From an uncultured delta proteobacterium (lineage in GTDB: Bacteria > Desulfobacterota > Desulfobacteria > Desulfobacterales > Desulfosalsimonadaceae), in assembly GCA_963826785.1 (NCBI GenBank), contig CAWGYD010000005.1, positions 320,001 through 384,000 of the forward strand: 64,000 nt of DNA, written 5' to 3'. Numbering within the stretch: position 1 is the stretch's first letter; each line of letters starts with the position of its first letter. The translations under genes and the position numbers were made by a program. The notes below the pieces were generated by a model. It was not told where the DNA came from, did no database searches, and was given only the letters and a program-made list of their open reading frames with translations. Of this stretch, positions 40,811 to 54,475 are shown one piece after another.

Positions 40811-41653
40811 ATGAAATATCCGGCAATGCAAGAATTGTTAATGAAAGAATTACGGCTGTACCATTACCCGGTTGCCGTAAAATTTTTTTTCGATCAGGCT
40901 CAGATCGAATCCTTTAAAGGCAAAGCCGATGCATATCATTCACCCATGAAACCCACAACCTTTTGCCAGTGGGAAATCGGAGCCCGTATGAAAGGGCAGA
41001 TCGTTTACGGGACAAAAGACCATTTAGGCTGCAGCAATGCCCGATATAGCTTCGGGTGGAAAGAACTTGATGAATCCGAAATTAAGAGCCACGCCAAATA
41101 TACCCGCAACCTTGAGCAGGCCGAGCGTTTCATCAAATCCAAGCCCAGGCTTTCGGAAGGGCTGATCGGCATTGCCGTGGCACCGCTGGAAAAAGCTGAA
41201 ATCTTAGGCGGTGCCGATACCGTTCATTTATACTGCGACAACATGCAGGCGTATCATCTCGCGGTGGACTACATGACAGCAACCGACACCCACCCCCTTC
41301 AAACCAATATCACCATGAATTCCTCGGCCTGCGGCGGCAATGTATGGACTTACCTGAACACGTCATTCAACATGCTCCCGGCCTGCTCGGGCGCTTATAA
41401 TTCCGGTAAAACTGAACGCGGCGAGACCAACGTGATAATTCCGGGCTCTAAAATAGAAGCTGTCTGCCGGCGCCTCAAGGAGCGCATTGATCATCTGGGC
41501 AGCAGCGCAATCACCAAGCCCGGAGATGGCTTCCCGGGTGCGGATATCTGCAAGAATTGCCCGTTAAGAAGGACGACATCATGGGCGAGAATGGGTCCCA
41601 AGAATCTCGTCGGAGCACATGATGTTCTCCTGCGGCGGAATCGTCGTTATTAG
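40811..41653 (+). CDS. DUF169-like Cys-rich protein
   Basis: PVAVKF, FCQ, LGC, SACGG, ACSG and CKNC pattern. The tail after CPL looks atypical. Confidence 0.7.
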   Translation: MKYPAMQELLMKELRLYHYPVAVKFFFDQAQIESFKGKADAYHSPMKPTTFCQWEIGARMKGQIVYGTKDHLGCSNARYSFGWKELDESEIKSHAKYTRNLEQAERFIKSKPRLSEGLIGIAVAPLEKAEILGGADTVHLYCDNMQAYHLAVDYMTATDTHPLQTNITMNSSACGGNVWTYLNTSFNMLPACSGAYNSGKTERGETNVIIPGSKIEAVCRRLKERIDHLGSSAITKPGDGFPGADICKNCPLRRTTSWARMGPKNLVGAHDVLLRRNRRY

Positions 41654-42008
41654 CAGAGCGCACATCCCACCAATCATCCGGTATATCAACGATATCATCC
41701 GTTCAGTCGGGAAAAATATGTGATGAGGCTACGTTGCTCGTTATTGGGTCTGAAATGGCTTGCGCTTTTATCAACTTTCTTTTATATTTCAAATTCAATT
41801 TTTGGCGGCCGAGGCCGATTTTGCGATTGTAACCGAAGGTAACAAAAAGATGTGCTGAATACGTTCCTTAAAGCTGTTTTTAAAGATCGAATTGTAGCAA
41901 AAAATTACAAAAATGATATTTTTTGATCAAATGTGGCCGAATATGATTTAAAGTTATACATGAAGAAATCAGCAAGAAACGCTGTATTAATTGATATATA
42001 GCACATGC

Positions 42009-42096
42009 GCCTGGGTGGCGGAATTGGTAGACGCAAGGGACTTAAAATCCCTTGGGGCATGTCCCCGTACGAGTTCGATTCTCGTCCTAGGCACCA
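42009..42096 (+). tRNA. tRNA-Leu(TAA)
   Basis: GCCTGGGTGGCGGAATTGGTAGACGC, aggga-ct-TAA-aa-tccct, long variable arm, ends in CCA. Confidence 0.95.
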
Positions 42097-42266
42097 GAAC
42101 AAAATGAAATGATTCGGAAAAGTTGGGGCATCGCTGATAAGGTGTCTTTTTGCCCGGATCATTTTTGAGTTTTTTCATATTCTATGCTTTTTTTTCAACC
42201 TGTAACGGCGATGCAGCGGCCTCAGGGATGCGTTGACAGGTTTTTGAAACAAGGAGTTTTTGCCGG

Positions 42267-43625
42267 ATGAATGTCTGTATTATCGGGACCGGTTATGTGG
42301 GATTGGTGGCTGCTGCCTGTTTTGCGGAAATGGGCAACCAGGTCTGCTGTTTCGATGTCAATCAACAGGTCCTGGAAATTTTGCACAACGGCGGTATCCA
42401 TATCTTTGAGCCCGGGCTTGAGGATATCGTCAAGCGAAACATGACCCAGGGCCGCCTGAAGTTTACCTCTGAATTTGCCGAAGCAATCGGCAGCGCCCAG
42501 TTCGTGTTCAACTGTGTGGGGACTCCGCCCCTGTCTGATGGATCATGTGACCTTTCCTATGTGTATAACGTGGCCCACCAGATCGGTAAAACCATTTCCG
42601 ATTACAAGATTATCATCAATAAATCCACCGTCCCCGTGGGGACCGCCGACGAAATGCGCGCTATCATCGCAACGGAACTTAAAAACCGCAACATGAATAT
42701 CGGCTTCGATGTGGTATCCAATCCTGAATTTTTAAAGGAGGGGGATGCGGTCAATGATTTCATGAAGCCGGATCGGGTCATCATCGGCGCGGACAACCCC
42801 GATGTGGCCAGGCAGGTCGGTACTCTTTACGCCCCTTTTGCCCGCAGCCGGGACAAACTGATCACCATGGGGGTGCGGAGTGCGGAGATGACCAAGTACG
42901 CCGCCAACTGCATGCTGGCCACAAAAATTTCCTTCATCAATGAAATGGCCAATATTTGCGAGCGGGTGGGTGCGGATATCCGGGATGTGCGGCTCGGCAT
43001 CGGTTCTGATCACCGGATCGGTTATCATTTCATTTATCCCGGGGTGGGATACGGCGGATCCTGTTTTCCAAAAGATGTCAACGCCCTGATCAAGACCGCC
43101 ATCTGCAATGCTTACATCCCCCAGTTGCTGGCGGCCGTGGAAGACGTCAATAACCGGCAGAAACAAGTCATGGCCGAGAAGATCATCGGCTATTTCGAAC
43201 AAAAAGGGGGCAGTGCCGGAAGATCCATCGCGGTGTGGGGAATTGCATTCAAAGCCAATACCGATGATATCAGGGATTCGGCTGCCATCGTCATCATCAA
43301 ACGACTAATCCAGTCCGGCATGACCGTGCGGGCCTTTGACCCGGCAGCGGATAAAAATGCCCGGCTCGCCCTGGCCGACCAACCGGGCGTCGAAATCGCA
43401 ACCGATCAGTACCGCATGCTTCAGGGCGCAGACGCCCTTGCCGTGGTGACCGATTGGAACCAGTTCAGAAACCCCGATTTTTACCGCATTCATCGGGAAT
43501 TGAAAACCCCGGTGATATTTGACGGCAGAAATCTGTATGCCTCCAATAAGATCGTGGCGGATCTGGGGTTTGCCTGTTTCGGCATGGGAAGGGCCGCTCT
43601 GGTTCCTGACCGCGCGGATTTGTAG
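42267..43625 (+). CDS. ugd: UDP-glucose 6-dehydrogenase family
   Basis: GTGYVG, KSTVPVGT, NPEFLKEG, GYGGSCFPKD and FKANTDD. Confidence 0.92.
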   Translation: MNVCIIGTGYVGLVAAACFAEMGNQVCCFDVNQQVLEILHNGGIHIFEPGLEDIVKRNMTQGRLKFTSEFAEAIGSAQFVFNCVGTPPLSDGSCDLSYVYNVAHQIGKTISDYKIIINKSTVPVGTADEMRAIIATELKNRNMNIGFDVVSNPEFLKEGDAVNDFMKPDRVIIGADNPDVARQVGTLYAPFARSRDKLITMGVRSAEMTKYAANCMLATKISFINEMANICERVGADIRDVRLGIGSDHRIGYHFIYPGVGYGGSCFPKDVNALIKTAICNAYIPQLLAAVEDVNNRQKQVMAEKIIGYFEQKGGSAGRSIAVWGIAFKANTDDIRDSAAIVIIKRLIQSGMTVRAFDPAADKNARLALADQPGVEIATDQYRMLQGADALAVVTDWNQFRNPDFYRIHRELKTPVIFDGRNLYASNKIVADLGFACFGMGRAALVPDRADL

Positions 43626-43634
43626 CCCCCGTCT

Positions 43635-45240
43635 ATGGCAGGATCATTGCTGAAATTCCTGCGAACCGTTTTCCTGATCCTGATTTCAGCCCAACTGTAT
43701 GCATTCTCCTTTCCCAAATCATCCTGGGTATGGGCGTCTTTTTTTGCTCTGGTTCCACTGTTTGCCGCACTTGAAAATGCCGGGTCGATCTTACGAAAAG
43801 CATTGACCGGATTCGGCTGGGGTGCGGCCATGGGCCTGTCCATGGGATATTGGCTGTTTCCCACGCTGGTGAACCACTACGGGGTATCCTTTCCCAAAAC
43901 CTTCCTGTTCGTTTTTCTGGCCCTGTTGCTTCCGCTGGGTCTTCTCTATTCTGCTTTTTCCGCGGCATATGGATTTCTTCAAAAAGACCGCTTCTTTTTT
44001 TATGCCCTTTCGGTTCCGTCATTGTGGACACTGGCGGAGTACATGAAAGAACAGGTTCCGGTGATGATCCCCTGGGGCGGATTGAGCAGCGCGCTGACGG
44101 CAATTCCCGCATACATCCAGATGGCCGATATTGTCGGCGCCTACGGGGTCACTTTTGCGGCTGTTGACGGTCAATGCACTCTGCTGGTATGTCCTGCGTG
44201 GATTGATCCTGACCCGCCGACATCCATCCGAAAGCGGTCTTTCTCCCATTAAACAGCCGTGGCTGCCCCTTGCCCTGATTCTTCTGCTGATTGTTCTTCC
44301 GCTTGGGTATGGCAAGATTCGGATCCGGCAGATGAAAACCCTTTTGGATCATGGCATAAACCAAAATGCGCCGGCGGCCGTTCTGGTGCAGGCCAATTTC
44401 AGTTTGTCGGAACGATGGAGCGGGATGGGTTTTTACCATCGGTTGAAAACGTATCTGGACATGTCCGGCAGCGGGGGCGAGGGCGCAGGTCGGGTAATCG
44501 TCTGGCCGGAGACGGCATTGAATTCTTCAACACATGTTAATGATGGCCTTTTTATGGAGATGATGCGCTATATCGGGGAAGAATCTCTGCTGATATCCGG
44601 CGGGATCATGACCGATGACGCCGACGGCGAAAACGGGGTATACAACTGCGCTTTTCTGATCTCGGGCGACGGCCATCTGATGCGCTATGATAAGCATATT
44701 CTCCTGCCCTATGCGGAGACAGCCCCCCTGATAGACCTGCTGGGACAATATTACACGGCCCCGGATGCGTTCATACCCGGCCGGTCACCCGTGGCGTTTA
44801 AGACGCCGCTGGGCCGTGTCGGGCTTTCCATCTGTTTTGAGATCCTGTATCCGGGGCTCGTCCGGCGGGCAGTGAGCGACGGGGCCGAGTTTCTGGTCAA
44901 CATTTCAAATGACGCCTGGTTTGATGATTCGCCCATGCCATACCAGCACCTCGACGGTGCGGTACTGCGGGCCGTGGAAAACCGGCGGTTTGTGCTGCGC
45001 ACGTCCAACAGCGGCATCTCCGCCGTCATCTCGCCGGCAGGCGCGACCGTGAAAAAGAGCGGCCTGTTTTCAGCCGAGACAATATCGGGTAACTTTCTGC
45101 CGCTGAGGCAAAAGAGCATTTACACCCGGTGGGGTGATCTCATTGTGTATTTTTCCGCCTTTTACCTGATGGCCGCTCTTTTGAAGATAATCTGGATGGG
45201 GCATGAAAACGACAGCAAGGTAAAAGCGATTCGCTCTTAG
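43635..45240 (+). CDS. lnt: Apolipoprotein N-acyltransferase, apparent +1 frameshift at about 44160
   Basis: TM N-terminal half with IPW and QMADIVGAYGV. Nitrilase triad WPE, YDK and ICFE, plus ISNDAWF and RAVENRR. Confidence 0.88.
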
Positions 45241-45273
45241 CAGGATGCAGGAGCGAATCGCCGGAATGTCCGA

Positions 45274-46371
45274 TCAGCGAGCCTGATGACCTTCGGATTT
45301 TAGCCGTTCAAGTTCCTTGCGCATATTTTCACGACGCTGGAAGGCGTCCGCTTCATCACCGAAGGTCTGCTGCTGCAGGGATTTGATGCGCTGCTCCTTT
45401 TCTTCGGGGGCAATTTCCGTGTCTGCCATGATCTTTTGCTCTGCCTGACGGTAATTTTCTTCCTTCTGCTGGTCCTGGGAAATTTCCTGGTCCACCGCTT
45501 CCATCCGGCCGACCACTTCGGGGGAGAAGAATTCATTCCTGAATTCTTTTATCTTCTGCTCCCGGGCTTCTTCTGAAGCCATTTCGTCGAAATCCTTTTC
45601 GTAGATTTTGATTTTTTCCTGGTAGCGATTATAGGAATTCGGGTGTTTTTCGACGTCCTGCGCCTCATCACCCCACATGTCCTGGTTTAATTTTTCGATC
45701 TGCGTTTCCTTGTCACTTCCGTACATGTCATCATTTGCCACGATAGATGCGCGTCTGAACGCATATTCCTTGGATTTGACGTCCGCACCGAAAAGTTTGT
45801 CCGCCAGTTCGACGCCCAGCCGCTCCCTCCTGAACTCCTGAATCCGGCGAAGGATCGCAATGGCTTCTTCCGGTGTTCGGACCTGGGAAAGGTTATTGAA
45901 CTCGGAAACCAGGTCCATTTCGGTCTGGAGGTATTTCTGGTAAATCTCAAAGAGTTTTTCCGCTTCGGGTTCGGAGAATTCCGAAAGCAGGTATTCATGG
46001 ACCTGTTCGAGGTGATCGCCCATGGTTTGGCTTTTTCTGAATTTATGCTCCAGGTGCTTGAAATAATTCAAGGTGGCATAGGCGTTGATCAGACCCTCGG
46101 AAAGGACATTTCGCAGGTTTTCACCCCCGCTTGTATCCTGTTTGGTGAAATTGCCGCTGTCTTTAACCGCTCCACTTGCATCCGGCTGCTGCGGCTGGTT
46201 GAGCTTAAACGGGGTGCGCGCCTTCTGGACATCTTCCAGGCTGATGTCGTAGGTTTTATCGAAAATGTAGCCGGTGTCCTGACTCTCCGAAGGATAAAGC
46301 CAGTATCCGACCATCAGCAGGAGGATGAGCAGACCGCCGATGGCGATCAGCTTGCTTCGGGTCAATTTCAT
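45274..46371 (-). CDS. Lipase-specific foldase (Lif/LipH-like chaperone)
   Basis: N-terminal TM anchor, all-helical body with LFEIYQKYL, LFG and FFSPE. Located directly downstream of a lipase. Confidence 0.7.
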   Translation of the reverse strand: MKLTRSKLIAIGGLLILLLMVGYWLYPSESQDTGYIFDKTYDISLEDVQKARTPFKLNQPQQPDASGAVKDSGNFTKQDTSGGENLRNVLSEGLINAYATLNYFKHLEHKFRKSQTMGDHLEQVHEYLLSEFSEPEAEKLFEIYQKYLQTEMDLVSEFNNLSQVRTPEEAIAILRRIQEFRRERLGVELADKLFGADVKSKEYAFRRASIVANDDMYGSDKETQIEKLNQDMWGDEAQDVEKHPNSYNRYQEKIKIYEKDFDEMASEEAREQKIKEFRNEFFSPEVVGRMEAVDQEISQDQQKEENYRQAEQKIMADTEIAPEEKEQRIKSLQQQTFGDEADAFQRRENMRKELERLKSEGHQAR

Positions 46372-46437
46372 CACGCACGCTCCATGAATCACGCAGTTTT
46401 CGAGTAAGCAGAAGAAAAAAAGAAGTTCAGCTTCTGG

Positions 46438-46466
46438 ATTGTCATAAAACTTGGAAAAACCGTCAA
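46438..46466 (-). promoter_or_regulatory. Candidate sigma-70 promoter for the foldase
   Basis: TTGACG-17 bp-GACAAT on the minus strand. Confidence 0.45.
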
Positions 46467-46482
46467 TAGAAAATTTTAAAAT

Positions 46483-46516
46483 AAAAAGGGGCCCCCTGGG
46501 AAGGGGCCCCTTTTTT
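46483..46516. terminator. Intrinsic terminator between lipase and foldase
   Basis: aaaaaggggcccc-ctgggaa-ggggcccctttttt. Confidence 0.8.
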
Positions 46517-46593
46517 GGATCGGCGTTTCATTTTCTTCTGATGGATTAAAGATCGAGTCAAATGAAACGGGTTGGAAATTATTCCAGGGTGGA

Positions 46594-47505
46594 TCAATAC
46601 CCCCAGTCTTTGAGCTCGCTTACCATGGAGATGTAGAACTCATTGGCATCAAAACCCGGAGTGATGCCGAAAGGCTGGGATACGATGTTGAGATGGTCGC
46701 AGCCGGCGCTGTACCAGGAAGCGTCTTCCGTTCCCCGGAATGTTCCCCATTTGGCGCTGTTGACACTGACCAGGCCGTCATTTGCGCCTTCATATGCCAG
46801 CAGGATCGGCCAGGTGGCAACAAAATACCAGTTGCGGGCATCCACGGCCATCATTTTGATTTTTGCCGCCCAGCTCTGATAATAGATGCCGGGCATGTTC
46901 GGCGTATTGGGATTGAAGGTATTGATCATGTAAGATCGGGTCAGGTCATATCCGTTTTGCAGGCTGTTGGGGTTCGTGTCGCCGAAAATGAAGGCGTAGA
47001 CAAAATCAAGGGTGCCGCCAACCAGCCATTCCAGTGAATTGGGAACCACGCCCAGAATCACGTCGGCAACGGCGCTTCCCCGATGGGGTCCGGCGATGCT
47101 GGTGTAGGAGGCCACTTTTCCGGAAAGCCCCAGGTTGGAAATGGCGTAGCGGGTGTACAGGGTGCCATGGGAATGGCCGATGATATTTGCTTTTGCCTTC
47201 CCGGTGACCGCCAGGACATAGAGGAACTGATTTTTGAAATCGGCGGCTTTGGCGGCGGTGCTGTCCATCCCGTTTACCGAGGTAATATACACATCCGCCC
47301 CTTCATCTTCCAGTGCTTCGGGAATGCCCCACCAGTAGTCCACGATTCCTAAAATGGATGCCGAAGCGCCCATGCCATGGGCCATTATAACGGGAAACTT
47401 GGTTTTACAAGGATCGGTTTCGCCGCCGGCAAATGCGGCGCAGGGTACTGTAAGCAGAAGCACGAATAAAAGAAATCGGAACACACGCTTTTTCGAAAAG
47501 AACAT
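46594..47505 (-). CDS. Secreted triacylglycerol lipase (family I-like alpha/beta hydrolase)
   Basis: Sec signal ending AFA, PVIMAHGM oxyanion motif, GHSHG nucleophile, PHRGS, NDGLV and DHLN. Confidence 0.88.
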   Translation of the reverse strand: MFFSKKRVFRFLLFVLLLTVPCAAFAGGETDPCKTKFPVIMAHGMGASASILGIVDYWWGIPEALEDEGADVYITSVNGMDSTAAKAADFKNQFLYVLAVTGKAKANIIGHSHGTLYTRYAISNLGLSGKVASYTSIAGPHRGSAVADVILGVVPNSLEWLVGGTLDFVYAFIFGDTNPNSLQNGYDLTRSYMINTFNPNTPNMPGIYYQSWAAKIKMMAVDARNWYFVATWPILLAYEGANDGLVSVNSAKWGTFRGTEDASWYSAGCDHLNIVSQPFGITPGFDANEFYISMVSELKDWGY

Positions 47506-47778
47506 GATCTCCCCCTCTTGTTTTTTCGTTGATGAAATGTTCTACCTGCCGTTAACGTTAGTTATGATTAACTGATATCTAAAGGTTAAACGGATGTCAA
47601 GATGAAAAATGTTGATTCTTTACTATAAACGATGTTTTCGATCGATAACCCGCGACGCGTCTATGAATCGCGACATAGATGTTGACCCGAAAGGGAGGAC
47701 GTAATAGGGTACAATTTTTTAATGGACATGCGCCAGTCGCTGCCTTATGTTAGCCTTCGGAAAGATTCCTGATTGAAA

Positions 47779-49668
47779 ATGGAAAGTTACTTGATGACTC
47801 ATGATTTGGATATTGCGCTTTCTCCCGAACAGAAAGCTGCGGTTGAACACAAGGGGTCAGCTCTGGTGGTGGCCGGGGCGGGATCGGGGAAAACCCGCAC
47901 CCTTACGGCCAAAATCGTACACCTGATCCGTTCGGGAATCGCCCCGGAACGAATTCTGGCGATTACCTTTACCAACAAGGCCGCCGATGAGATGAAACAT
48001 CGGCTGGTGGAAATGACCGGTTTCTCCCTGGATCGCTTTCCCTGGGTGCGCACCTATCACAGCGCCTGTTACCGTATCCTTCGGACCCACTGCCAACTGC
48101 TGGGATATCAAAATCCTCTTCAGATCTATTCAAACTACCAGCAGGAGAAACTGGTCAAGGAGATCCTGATCCGGGGCAATATCGACAAGAAATACTTCTA
48201 TCAGGTGTCCGCCCATATTTCCCATGCCAAGAACTCGGGTGATCCGGATGCCTATTTCGATAAAAACCCACGTCTTTCTTATTTCCGTCTGCGGGATATC
48301 TTCGACCGGTATGAAAAAAGCCTCATGGAAAGAAACGCGGTGGATTTCGACAACATCCTGTACATGACCCGGGAGTTGCTGCGGACGCACGAGACCATAC
48401 GGAAGCAGTATCTCAATCTTTTTTCGTACGTTCTGGTGGACGAATATCAGGATACCAACAACCTTCAGGAAGACCTGACGCGTCTGTTGACCGGCGGGGA
48501 GAACCTTTTCTGCGTAGGGGATGACTGGCAGGCCATTTATGGTTTCCGCGGCAGCAATGTCAATCATTTCCTGTCTTTTGCCAAAAATTATGAAAATGCA
48601 AAGATTTTCCGCCTGGAGCGCAATTACCGGTCCGCCTCAGAAATCGTGGATGCCGCCAATGGCCTGATCCGCTATAACCGGCAGCGGATGGACAAAACCT
48701 GTTTTTCCAAAAAAACCGGCGGGAGCATCGAAATTCAAGAATTTTACAGCGATTCGGAGGAGGCCATGTGGGTCTCCGACAAGATCCGGCGTTTACATGA
48801 TGCGGGTATTGACTATGATCAGATCGCGGTCCTGTACCGGACCAAGTTTTGTTCGCTTTCCTTTGAAAAAGCCTTCCGCTATGCCTCCATTCCCTATCGC
48901 ATGCTCGGCGCAAAGGGATTCTTCGAACGCAGGGAAATATTGGATATCACCTGCTACCTGACCGCCGCCGTGTTTGACAAAGATGACGCGGCATTCGAAC
49001 GGATTATCAATGTGCCCAAGCGGGGCATCGGTCCCGGAACCGTTAAAAAGATCGGTGAGATGAAGACGGAAGGGGAGAGCCTGCAGGGGGCGGCCCGGAT
49101 GGCCCTGGAGAAAAAGATTCTGTCGGGAAAAATCTATGATGCCCTCAAGCACCTGTTTTCGATTCTCGACGAAGTGGCTTCCATGTCTCCGGATAGGGCC
49201 ATTCGAACGATTCTCGATCGGACGGGCTATCTTGATAATCTGAAACAGAGCGCAAAAACCCGTGAAGATTATACCGCCAGGGAAGAAAATATTGAACAGC
49301 TGATTTATTCCGCCTCCCTGAAGGATTCCATCGTGGAATATCTGGAGGAGGCTTCTTTGATCAGGGAAGACCGTAAAGAGGAAGAAGAAGAGGGCGCTTC
49401 TCAGAGCGCAGTCAATCTTGCGACCATGCACGCCAGCAAGGGACTGGAATTTCACGCGGTGTTTGTTGCGGGATGCGAGGAAAATCTCCTTCCCCACTGG
49501 AAATCCAAGGAAACCGATTTGGAACTTCAGGAGGAACGCCGGCTGATGTACGTGGCCATGACACGGGCGGCCCATTGTCTCTTCGTGAGTTCCGCAAATT
49601 TTCGAAAAGGCCAGTTCAATCCCAAAAGCCGGTTCGTGGATGAACTGTTGTCTCCACCGCTGGAGTGA
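47779..49668 (+). CDS. UvrD/PcrA/Rep-family SF1 helicase
   Basis: AGAGSGKT, DEYQD, GDDWQAIYGFRG, NYRS, HASKGLEF and EERRLMYVAMTRA. Confidence 0.93.
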   Translation: MESYLMTHDLDIALSPEQKAAVEHKGSALVVAGAGSGKTRTLTAKIVHLIRSGIAPERILAITFTNKAADEMKHRLVEMTGFSLDRFPWVRTYHSACYRILRTHCQLLGYQNPLQIYSNYQQEKLVKEILIRGNIDKKYFYQVSAHISHAKNSGDPDAYFDKNPRLSYFRLRDIFDRYEKSLMERNAVDFDNILYMTRELLRTHETIRKQYLNLFSYVLVDEYQDTNNLQEDLTRLLTGGENLFCVGDDWQAIYGFRGSNVNHFLSFAKNYENAKIFRLERNYRSASEIVDAANGLIRYNRQRMDKTCFSKKTGGSIEIQEFYSDSEEAMWVSDKIRRLHDAGIDYDQIAVLYRTKFCSLSFEKAFRYASIPYRMLGAKGFFERREILDITCYLTAAVFDKDDAAFERIINVPKRGIGPGTVKKIGEMKTEGESLQGAARMALEKKILSGKIYDALKHLFSILDEVASMSPDRAIRTILDRTGYLDNLKQSAKTREDYTAREENIEQLIYSASLKDSIVEYLEEASLIREDRKEEEEEGASQSAVNLATMHASKGLEFHAVFVAGCEENLLPHWKSKETDLELQEERRLMYVAMTRAAHCLFVSSANFRKGQFNPKSRFVDELLSPPLE

Positions 49669-49768
49669 CCGGTATGAGTAAAACACCGGCTTGATGCAGG
49701 GGGGGCGATTCACGGTGAGGGCCGGTTTAGGCCGGTTTACCGGGAATTTGATATCCTGGGACGAAGCG

Positions 49769-50176
49769 TTATTTTTTATTCAAAACGTTTTTAAGCTTTT
49801 GCTCGAGTTCTTCGTGGCGCTTTTTTTTCTTTTCCGCCTGTTCAGCAGCCAGTGCCTCGATTTTTTTTTGCTGATTTTCACGGGACTGCATGAATTTCAT
49901 CAGTTCCGAGGCCATGGAATCGGGTTCGGCTGAAGCGGAAATATCTTCAATTTTGAGATGATCTTTGATAAAGATGCGGATATCACCGGCCTTTTCCAGG
50001 ATCTGAATGATATCCAGGTCCGCCATCCGGCGGCAGAGGCGCAAGGTCTCCTCAGATGAAAACATCAACAGCGAGTTGATGGCGTCGATTGAGGCAGGGG
50101 CGGCATCTCTGTACTCCAAAATCCGTATGGCGGCAACCACCAGGTGCGCTTTTGAGTAGAAATCGTCCTTTTTCAT
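49769..50176 (-). CDS. Hypothetical protein (possible winged helix + coiled coil)
   Basis: 135-aa ORF with AAGGAG RBS, divergent from eno. Confidence 0.7.
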   Translation of the reverse strand: MKKDDFYSKAHLVVAAIRILEYRDAAPASIDAINSLLMFSSEETLRLCRRMADLDIIQILEKAGDIRIFIKDHLKIEDISASAEPDSMASELMKFMQSRENQQKKIEALAAEQAEKKKKRHEELEQKLKNVLNKK

Positions 50177-50370
50177 TTTGCTCCTTTACGGCGCAAGCGC
50201 TTCAAAACAGGGCCGACCTGTAAAAGCATCTGAAATATCGAGGTGTTCAGGGTATCCAATGCTTGACACCCCGATTTGATGATCGTATCATTCGTGCTGT
50301 TTTTGTCAAGACGATCAGTTGACATTCCTGTGTTCATATTCATATCACCGGTCATAGAGGGGAGAATCCG

Positions 50371-51648
50371 ATGAGCGACATTTTTGATGTAAAAGCAAGG
50401 GAAATATTAGATTCCAGAGGAAATCCAACCGTTGAGGTCGATGTGATCCTGGCCTGCGGCGTGATGGGGCGCGCCGCGGTTCCGTCGGGCGCTTCCACGG
50501 GCACCCGGGAGGCACTCGAACTGCGGGACGGTGATAAATCGCGATACCTTGGAAAAGGCGTGACCCAGGCGGTGGCCAATGTAAACGACTCCATCGCACC
50601 GGAAATCGTGGGCATGGACGCAACGGACCAGTTTGCCATCGACCGGTTTCTGATCGACCTGGACGGCACCGAAAACAAATCCAGGCTCGGGGCCAATGCC
50701 CTTCTGGGGGTATCTATGGCCATGGCCCGGGCCGCAGCCCAGGTGATCGGCATCCCTCTGTACCGCTATCTCGGCGGGCTGAGTGCGCGCTATCTGCCCA
50801 TTCCCATGATGAATATCGTCAACGGCGGCGCGCATGCCGCCAATAACCTCGACATACAGGAGTTCATGATCATTCCGCTGGGGGCGAAGACCATTGCCGA
50901 AGCCGTGCGCATGGGAGCGGAAACCTTCCACCAGCTCAAGAAGATCCTGAAAGAGAAGGGGATGAACACGGCCGTGGGAGATGAAGGCGGGTTCGCGCCT
51001 GATTTTTCTTCCAATGAAGAGGCGATAAAGGTCATCCTTCAGGCCATAGAAGCCGCCGGATATAATCCCGGAGAGGAAATCGGCCTGGGCCTCGATGCGG
51101 CGGCCAGTGAATTCTACAAGGACGGCAAATATCACCTGGCATCGGAAAATAAACAGCTGAGCGCGTCTGAAATGATCGATTACTACCAGTCTCTGATTGA
51201 AAAGTACCCCCTGTACTCCATTGAAGACGGACTGGCGGAGCAGGATTGGGAAAACTGGTCCCTGATGACCGAAAAACTCGGCCGGCTGGTGCAGCTGGTC
51301 GGCGATGACGTGTTTGTCACCAATCCGAAGATATTCGCCGAAGGCATTCGGGACGGCATCGGAAACTCCATTCTGGTTAAACTCAATCAAATCGGGACCG
51401 TATCGGAAACCCTGACTACGATTGAGATGGCCAAGCAGGCGGGATATACCACTGTCATTTCCCACCGGTCCGGGGAAACCGAGGATTCGTTCATTTCAGA
51501 TCTCGTGGTGGGGGTCACCGGCGGTCAGATCAAGACCGGTTCCATGTCCAGAAGCGACCGCATTGCCAAATACAACCAGCTCATCCGCATCGAAGAAGAA
51601 CTCGGGAATAATGCAAAGATGTCCGAAAACGTCTTTACATTCTCGTAA
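50371..51648 (+). CDS. eno: Enolase
   Basis: [24 protein letters not shown] and SHRSGET. Confidence 0.98.
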   Translation: MSDIFDVKAREILDSRGNPTVEVDVILACGVMGRAAVPSGASTGTREALELRDGDKSRYLGKGVTQAVANVNDSIAPEIVGMDATDQFAIDRFLIDLDGTENKSRLGANALLGVSMAMARAAAQVIGIPLYRYLGGLSARYLPIPMMNIVNGGAHAANNLDIQEFMIIPLGAKTIAEAVRMGAETFHQLKKILKEKGMNTAVGDEGGFAPDFSSNEEAIKVILQAIEAAGYNPGEEIGLGLDAAASEFYKDGKYHLASENKQLSASEMIDYYQSLIEKYPLYSIEDGLAEQDWENWSLMTEKLGRLVQLVGDDVFVTNPKIFAEGIRDGIGNSILVKLNQIGTVSETLTTIEMAKQAGYTTVISHRSGETEDSFISDLVVGVTGGQIKTGSMSRSDRIAKYNQLIRIEEELGNNAKMSENVFTFS

Positions 51649-51742
51649 ACCCGTTTTAAACCATTCAGAGACAAACCGCCTGGAGACAAGATTTAAGTGT
51701 CCATCGGGAATGGGTCCATCTTTAAATACATTTGGATATGGG

Positions 51743-54300
<2,558 letters not shown>

Positions 54301-54475
54301 TTTATTCTAATCTTTAGAAGTATGTTGACATTGGTTTCATCTGCTGATAGGGGTATGAAAATTTAATCGCGGATCGAAGAGTTGTACTTCTTGCGTTTTA
54401 CAAAACGCCGGGCGACGTGATCTTCTCTTCGATTTTAAGGATTGTCCATAAGAAATCAGCAGGTAAAGCCGGTTC

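Noticed and set aside
41760..42260. Integrative element at tRNA-Leu, tRNA-Ala or tRNA-Ile2
   Set aside because: No integrase and no duplicated tRNA 3' end noticed. Housekeeping genes follow directly.
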